Both the position numbers and the translations under genes were made by a program. Under the pieces are notes generated by a model. The model did not search any database. It was given only the letters and a program-made list of their open reading frames with translations, and was not told where the DNA came from. This document shows positions 59,087-64,000 of a DNA stretch of 64,000 nucleotides, one piece after another (the first letter of the stretch is position 1; the number at the start of each line of letters is the position of its first letter). This stretch comes from a virus. Where the stretch lies: positions 32,001 to 96,000 of the IMG/VR virus record IMGVR_UViG_3300046170_000148. One strand, 5' to 3'.

Positions 59087-59401
59087 TTACATCCACATAA
59101 ATTTGACCAGTCCAGCAATCATTGCGGCACTGATAAGGTATACTACTTTGTTAATGATTGCGACAGTGTGGGCGTTCTCGTCCACCTTCTTCTCAATCTC
59201 GTCTAGTTTTTTAGAAAATTTATTCATACGCTCGAAATTATTTTGGTTATTACGTTCAACTGAAATGAGTTTTTCTTCTACACGGGCAACAGCAATCATC
59301 GCGTCAGCAAGTTTGTCAATCTTTTGTTCAAGACGGTCAAACCTTACTGCGGAATCTGCTTCAATCCGAGAAAGTCTCTCTAGTTGTGTTTCTTTAGCCA
59401 T
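59087..59401 (-). CDS. Coiled-coil protein with a C-terminal TM helix
   Basis: RFDRLEQKIDKLADAM..ARVEEK; hydrophobic C-terminus. Confidence 0.65.
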   Translation of the reverse strand: MAKETQLERLSRIEADSAVRFDRLEQKIDKLADAMIAVARVEEKLISVERNNQNNFERMNKFSKKLDEIEKKVDENAHTVAIINKVVYLISAAMIAGLVKFMWM

Positions 59402-59411
59402 GTTTTTCCCA

Positions 59412-60122
59412 TTAAACTATAGTTCTATTTATAAGTTTTTTGTTGTTGACTCGATACTTATCGATTTTTAATATCCATTCATCTATCATGTAATCGTCAA
59501 ATTTTAAGTAATCTATCATGGTATAGAGAGTATTCTCCGACAATTCCTCATCACTATGGAACAAATCATGTGGGTCAATCTCAATATAACTGTGTCCCTC
59601 TGGAATAATATCCTTATATAGTTCGGTCAGTTCTTTACACGATTCCCACTGGTCGTTCCAAAAACTGTGAATATCAAACCCATTATTTATTAACCAGTGT
59701 CCTTCTTGGTTACTAGGCCCCAAATTAAGTTTTGCGGCCGCTAGTTGGTCTATATACTTAACACTTTTTTCTGACTGTGGTTGTAGTAAAATTGTTTTTG
59801 TTTCATCCCAGTCATTCCAAAGATAGTTTTTATAATACTCCTCATTAGAACTATCAAAAGTATCGGCACTATCATTAACATAAAAACCATATCCGTGGTC
59901 TAGTCGTATATTCCAAAGAGCGTCATCCCAGTCCGTAGCAGATACGGGTTCACTACCATCTATATAATGTTGAGATAGTTCATCACTTCTTTCTAAGAAC
60001 CATCTCTCAACCGACTCATCATATTCAACCTCCTTCGTAACAACATCACTGTGTTTCGTCAGAAGACTTCCCAGAAACTCACCTCCACCGCCACCGCGAT
60101 AGAGAACATTAATTAACTTCAT
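59412..60122 (-). CDS. Hypothetical acidic protein, sulfotransferase-like N-terminal loop
   Basis: VLYRGGGGGEFLGSLL; AT-rich. Confidence 0.5.
   Translation of the reverse strand: MKLINVLYRGGGGGEFLGSLLTKHSDVVTKEVEYDESVERWFLERSDELSQHYIDGSEPVSATDWDDALWNIRLDHGYGFYVNDSADTFDSSNEEYYKNYLWNDWDETKTILLQPQSEKSVKYIDQLAAAKLNLGPSNQEGHWLINNGFDIHSFWNDQWESCKELTELYKDIIPEGHSYIEIDPHDLFHSDEELSENTLYTMIDYLKFDDYMIDEWILKIDKYRVNNKKLINRTIV
59426..59433 (-). promoter_or_regulatory. T4-type late promoter TATAAATA
   Basis: Exact consensus ~25 nt upstream of ATG 59401; same flanking context as the 57386 site. Confidence 0.7.
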
Positions 60123-60387
60123 CCCAAATCTTCAGTCTCAAGTCTCCCTCACCTTTGATGATTCTATGATAGACCATCTTAGGTATGCGATACAATTGAC
60201 CTTTCTCCATAATCATAGGCAACTGATTATCTAGTTGCAGTTTCCAGTTATCACCATCGAGAACAGTAACCTCACGATTACAGGAGTCACGATGCCATAT
60301 CAAATCCATTTCACTAACATCTTCTCCAAAGGTTCTGACTCGTTCTGTTTTGTCAGGACTGAAGATGTCCTTATAGGGGTTTACCAA
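60109..60387 (-). CDS. Small cupin-like conserved phage protein
   Basis: R.F...V...L.WHRD...R, W.LQ.DN.LP, IP...YHR.IKG. Confidence 0.7.
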   Translation of the reverse strand: MVNPYKDIFSPDKTERVRTFGEDVSEMDLIWHRDSCNREVTVLDGDNWKLQLDNQLPMIMEKGQLYRIPKMVYHRIIKGEGDLRLKIWDEVN

Positions 60388-60914
60388 AAGAAGCTTCCGC
60401 CTCCAGACAGACCAAGTTGTTTCGCATATCTAGGCAAACGACATGCCCAGTATCCGGCCTTTGTCTTATCTGTTTTGTTTGCACAGTCGTGACGGGCAGC
60501 GAATGACTTACGCGCCTTCGGGTCATTGAGTTTAACTTTCAGACCTGTTGTGTCACCCCAAGATACTTTCTTGATGTTACCACTTGATGGGTCTTTGACA
60601 TACACATAGTATTTCTTTGGCCCACCAGCTTTTGGTTTATTGAGTTCTGGTTGTTTCTTCTCTTCTTCAAAGATGCAGTCCAGTGCAACATTCTCACCAC
60701 GCCATTGTGCAAACTCACCAAGATTAGACTCGATGATATCCAAGTCTGCGGCATCCACTTCGAGATTACCAGCATGATATTGTTCCCGTGCCTCACGGAA
60801 GTATTCGTAATATCTTTCCGACCCGACACGATAAATGTTGTTTTCAATAAGAGACGAACAAGTGCCACAACACTCGTCAGTTCCGCAGTTTGTATGTTCG
60901 TCAAATCTTTTCAT
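60381..60914 (-). CDS. Conserved viral hypothetical protein (DUF6321-like C-terminus)
   Basis: LNKP..GG.KK.YVYVK...GN.KKVS.GD, ARKSF.ARH.C, AGYWAC. Confidence 0.7.
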   Translation of the reverse strand: MKRFDEHTNCGTDECCGTCSSLIENNIYRVGSERYYEYFREAREQYHAGNLEVDAADLDIIESNLGEFAQWRGENVALDCIFEEEKKQPELNKPKAGGPKKYYVYVKDPSSGNIKKVSWGDTTGLKVKLNDPKARKSFAARHDCANKTDKTKAGYWACRLPRYAKQLGLSGGGSFFW

Positions 60915-62524
60915 TTATCTACCTAATATTTTCTTGATGTCCGAAAGAGACCTGATGGACTTTTGGAATTTCTCTTTGTCATTAGGCCTTGCCAATGCAT
61001 TAAAACGCGCCAGTGCTGCTTGCGCTTGAGCGCGAGAGACTTTTCCTTTTCCTCGTTCAAATTCAACTTCTGCTCCCGTTGGTAAGTCAGCCGCTTTACG
61101 CAACTGCATGATAATGTTTTTATTCGCTGCCTTACGGTCATCGTCCGTAGCAGATACATCTTTGTCTTTCTTGGTCGTTGCCATACCACGAGTTGCACTG
61201 CGAGACTTCATGCCTTTCATTGCATCACGATATGCACGAGACTCTTCGACAGACTCACCAAGAACACTAATCTTCTTCATGAAACTTCTGTCCTTTGCAA
61301 AAGCGGTTAGCAATGCCAAGTTGTTTCATTACTTTTGCGATTGCTTCTTTCTCGCTTCTTGCTTGAACAGTAGCACCGCCTTCGCCTTTGATGTTGACTT
61401 TATATTTACCTTCTTTGATTTCAGGTTTCTCATGAGTATAACCCATCTTCTTCATACGTTCATGGTCTTCGGGTTTCTCTGCTTTGTAACCTTTACCAGT
61501 CTTCGGGTCATACATCATGTGTGGTTCAAAGTCATCCTCTTTCATCTTCTCTTTCTTTGAGATAGCGATAGCGGCTTGTTGTGCTGGAGAGACTGCTTCT
61601 TTCAGAGGAGCGTATTGTTTCTTTGCTTTAACCTTTAACTTACTATCTTTATCGGTGAAGTTCAAAGTATAAACATTCCCACCTCTCAATCGATTGACAC
61701 TAACCCTTGCTCGTAATGCTTTTTACAATATCCCCTACAGGTCTATTGTAATGTTTCGACATTTTTTTAACATCTGGGTGCTTTTCCATTCCTTTCAAGA
61801 AGTCATCCATTTGAGCATCTGAGGCATATTTACCCTTTGCTTCTTTCACCAATAGTTTAGCATCAACAGACTTATCATTATTACCACCAAAGTTTACTTT
61901 GACATCACCATCACCGTAGTCCTTCACAACCTTGCCAGACTTCCTTATTGCGTCTCCATAACTTCTAGCAGTCTTTGGGTCGATGCCTTTCTTGAACTTG
62001 ACCTTATCCCCAACCTTTACTGCTTCAACTTGCATCTTGTTTCTCTGGATTTTAGACATTGCAATGACGCCATCGGCATCATACTTGTCGAGAACTCTGT
62101 CTAACTCTTTACCTTTTGGCATCGCTCTAAGATGTGCGACTTGCTTGATTTTACCAATACCTGATTTTTTATAGACAACATATTTCGCAAGACTTTTCGG
62201 AACAGTAAGGGGTTGACGAACCTCTTCGACTGATTCATTCACACCCAGTTCTCTACGATACTGGTCAATCTGTTTCTTCAGTGCCTTCTGCTTCGGTGAG
62301 CCTGGCATTGCTTTCATCGCTTTGGAATACAGACTTGCGAGTTTCGCCATGTCCTGTCGGCGAACTATCGCCTGATTTATCTTACCTTCTTCCATGTCTT
62401 CGCCTTTTGCTCTTTTTATTTGGTCTGGAGTCGGTGCGCCCTTGTCACCCTTTTTTCTCATCTTCTCACCTGAACCCTGTTTGATTCGTTGTCTCTTCTT
62501 ATTGATGTTATCCCAGAGTGACAT
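60915..62524 (-). CDS. Basic modular protein (~535 aa after repairing extra bases near 61300 and 61722); putative capsid-internal polyprotein
   Basis: ORFs 61700-62524, 61267-61689 and 60915-61319 join in frame after removing one A and one T from homopolymer runs. Confidence 0.7.
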
Positions 62525-62757
62525 TATGCTAAATCCTTATCGTGGTTCAATCCACCTTTTTTCTTCTTCACGATGAATGCATTGACCCGTGCGTATCCCC
62601 ACTGTGATGGAGTAGTGCCTGGCCTGTGTCCAGTTCTCCATGCGGCAACACCACGGTCATAGACCTTCTTTAGTGTTCCGTATGAGATACCAGACTTCTC
62701 TGCTTTCTTTGTGAGTGCTTTATCTGCCTCAGTGATGAATTGACTAAACTTAATCAT
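62524..62757 (-). CDS. Conserved viral small protein with a capsid-targeting-like N-terminus
   Basis: MIKFSQFITEA; KA.KSG..YG.LK.VY.RG.AAW.TGHRPG.TP.QW..ARVN. Confidence 0.75.
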   Translation of the reverse strand: MIKFSQFITEADKALTKKAEKSGISYGTLKKVYDRGVAAWRTGHRPGTTPSQWGYARVNAFIVKKKKGGLNHDKDLA

Positions 62758-64000
62758 TTTGTCTCTCTATTCTTTGCTTTTGCACGGGCGATTCTTGCAC
62801 GGTCGAGCATCGCATCATGTTTCTTTTTATCTTGTTCTTTTTCTCTATCAATGGCTGTTTTTGCCTGTTTGACAGCATCTTCTTTCTGAGCCCGAACACC
62901 ACGAAAGTCTTGATTAGGGAAGACTGTTTTTGATTTACCTGTTCGTGGTTTATCAAGACCCAAATGTTTTGGTAATTTACCTTTTTTGATGAGGTCTTGC
63001 ATGAAGTCGATAACGAGACGAGGACGTTCAACACCCGATACCACGCAAGAAATCAAATGCACCAGTTGAACCAGCCTTTGGATTCTTGCGTCTCCAGTTC
63101 AAATAACCTCGAACTGCTTTCTCGTATTTCTTTTTGTTATAGACCTTCTTGTCCATCCACTGGTCAAACGCTGGCATCAAAGTTCCACCATAGCCTTTGT
63201 CACCGAATGCACCAGTCTTACCAAAGAACTTCTCGTCTACACCTTCCATTGGTGTATCCTTCTTATACTTCTTGACGAGTTTGTCTGTGCCTTCTTCGCC
63301 AGCACCAGACTCACCATACATTGCCTTGAATGACCTAGTATACTTGGACGGTTTGGTTTTCGCACCCTTGTCGCCTGGCGCTGGTTTGTATGCAGACGGG
63401 TCATCATCGTCCTTTGCAGTGCCTTTCTTGAAGTGCGCGGCGCGTTTCTTCTTGGTCGCGACAGACATATCGTCACCTTCAGCGTCTTTCGCATAATACT
63501 TCTTAGGTTGTGTCCCCTTGACATCCTTACCAATCTCAGAGTCTTGAGGTGCTTTCTTCTCAACCAGTTCTACTGCGTCCAACCACTTACGAAGTTTCTT
63601 GTCACCACATTCAACGATGACATAGTTCGCACCCAACACGGATACGATACCAACTTCATCGCTTTCTTTGACAACAACAGTATCACCAATTTCAAACAAC
63701 TCACCAGAGACATATGCCTCACGAGTGTCATCCAGTTTACCTAAGTCGATGTGTCGTTTGAATGAACGTTCCTCTTTCAGACCCATGCCCTTGCGAACAT
63801 CGTTGAAGAGTCTACGAGTGTCCTTGTCGGACATGGACTTTGGAATACCCTGTGAGAATACTTGATAGTCATTGTCTGACACAGCTTGACGCATCTTACT
63901 TGCAGACATACCCTCAACACCTTCTGCATCAGGGTCGCGTCTACCAGCAGATACAACATCAATTGATTCGAAGTTATAGAATCCGTGACGCGCCTTCTTA
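62754..64000 (-). CDS. Cytidylyltransferase-like protein of T4-like phages with appended modules (N-terminus outside window; extra G near 63034)
   Basis: HGFYNFESIDVVSAGRRDPDAEGVEGMSASKMR (KMSKS-like); followed by an SH3-like module and basic modules. Confidence 0.75.

Noticed and set aside
58491-59471. 326-aa plus-strand ORF (also 19382-20026, 53926-54447, 55560-56078)
   Set aside because: Antisense shadows of real genes, with S/F/L-rich composition typical of reverse complements and no RBS or motifs
1-64000. CRISPR array, retron/DGR reverse transcriptase, integrase, rRNA, stop-codon reassignment
   Set aside because: No regularly spaced repeats or RT/integrase motifs seen by eye; gene breaks are indels rather than in-frame stops, and TAA, TAG and TGA all end genes

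Overview
A 64-kb segment of a T4-like myophage genome; the gene complement resembles marine T4-like phages, but the host cannot be determined from this window. Order: (1) 1-16.3 kb, minus strand: baseplate module (VrlC/DUF4815-like, gp8, gp9-like, gp7, gp6, gp25, a gp5 split over several genes, gp27-like hub, gp53, gp48); (2) 16.4-20.6 kb, plus strand: gp4, gp2, gp54/19-like, gp26, gp51 and a tape-measure-like gene; (3) gp32, gp33, a DenV-like glycosylase and small early genes; (4) a short plus-strand late cluster ending in a zeta-like kinase, then tRNA-Arg(UCU); (5) a ~17-kb island at 28.4-45.5 kb of glycosyl-, sulfo-, methyl- and carbamoyl-transferases with radical-SAM, diiron, amidotransferase and cupin genes; (6) M15 endolysin, phoH, early genes, two adenylation-like paralogs, nrdA.1, nrdB and a nrdA-glutaredoxin fusion; (7) a beta-barrel OMP, a holin-like gene and basic, modular, probably capsid-internal proteins. 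T4 late promoters (TATAAATA) and sigma70-type promoters are visible. About 20 genes are broken by single extra homopolymer bases, almost certainly sequencing or assembly errors; CDS coordinates span the repaired genes. Best leads: a candidate -1 programmed frameshift fusing gp26 to gp51 just upstream of the tape-measure gene; protease-cleavable polyproteins of small modules; a tail spike locus with one apparently active and two apparently dead muralytic folds; a late-expressed glycan/modification island. All family calls come from motif recognition by eye; no searches were run.
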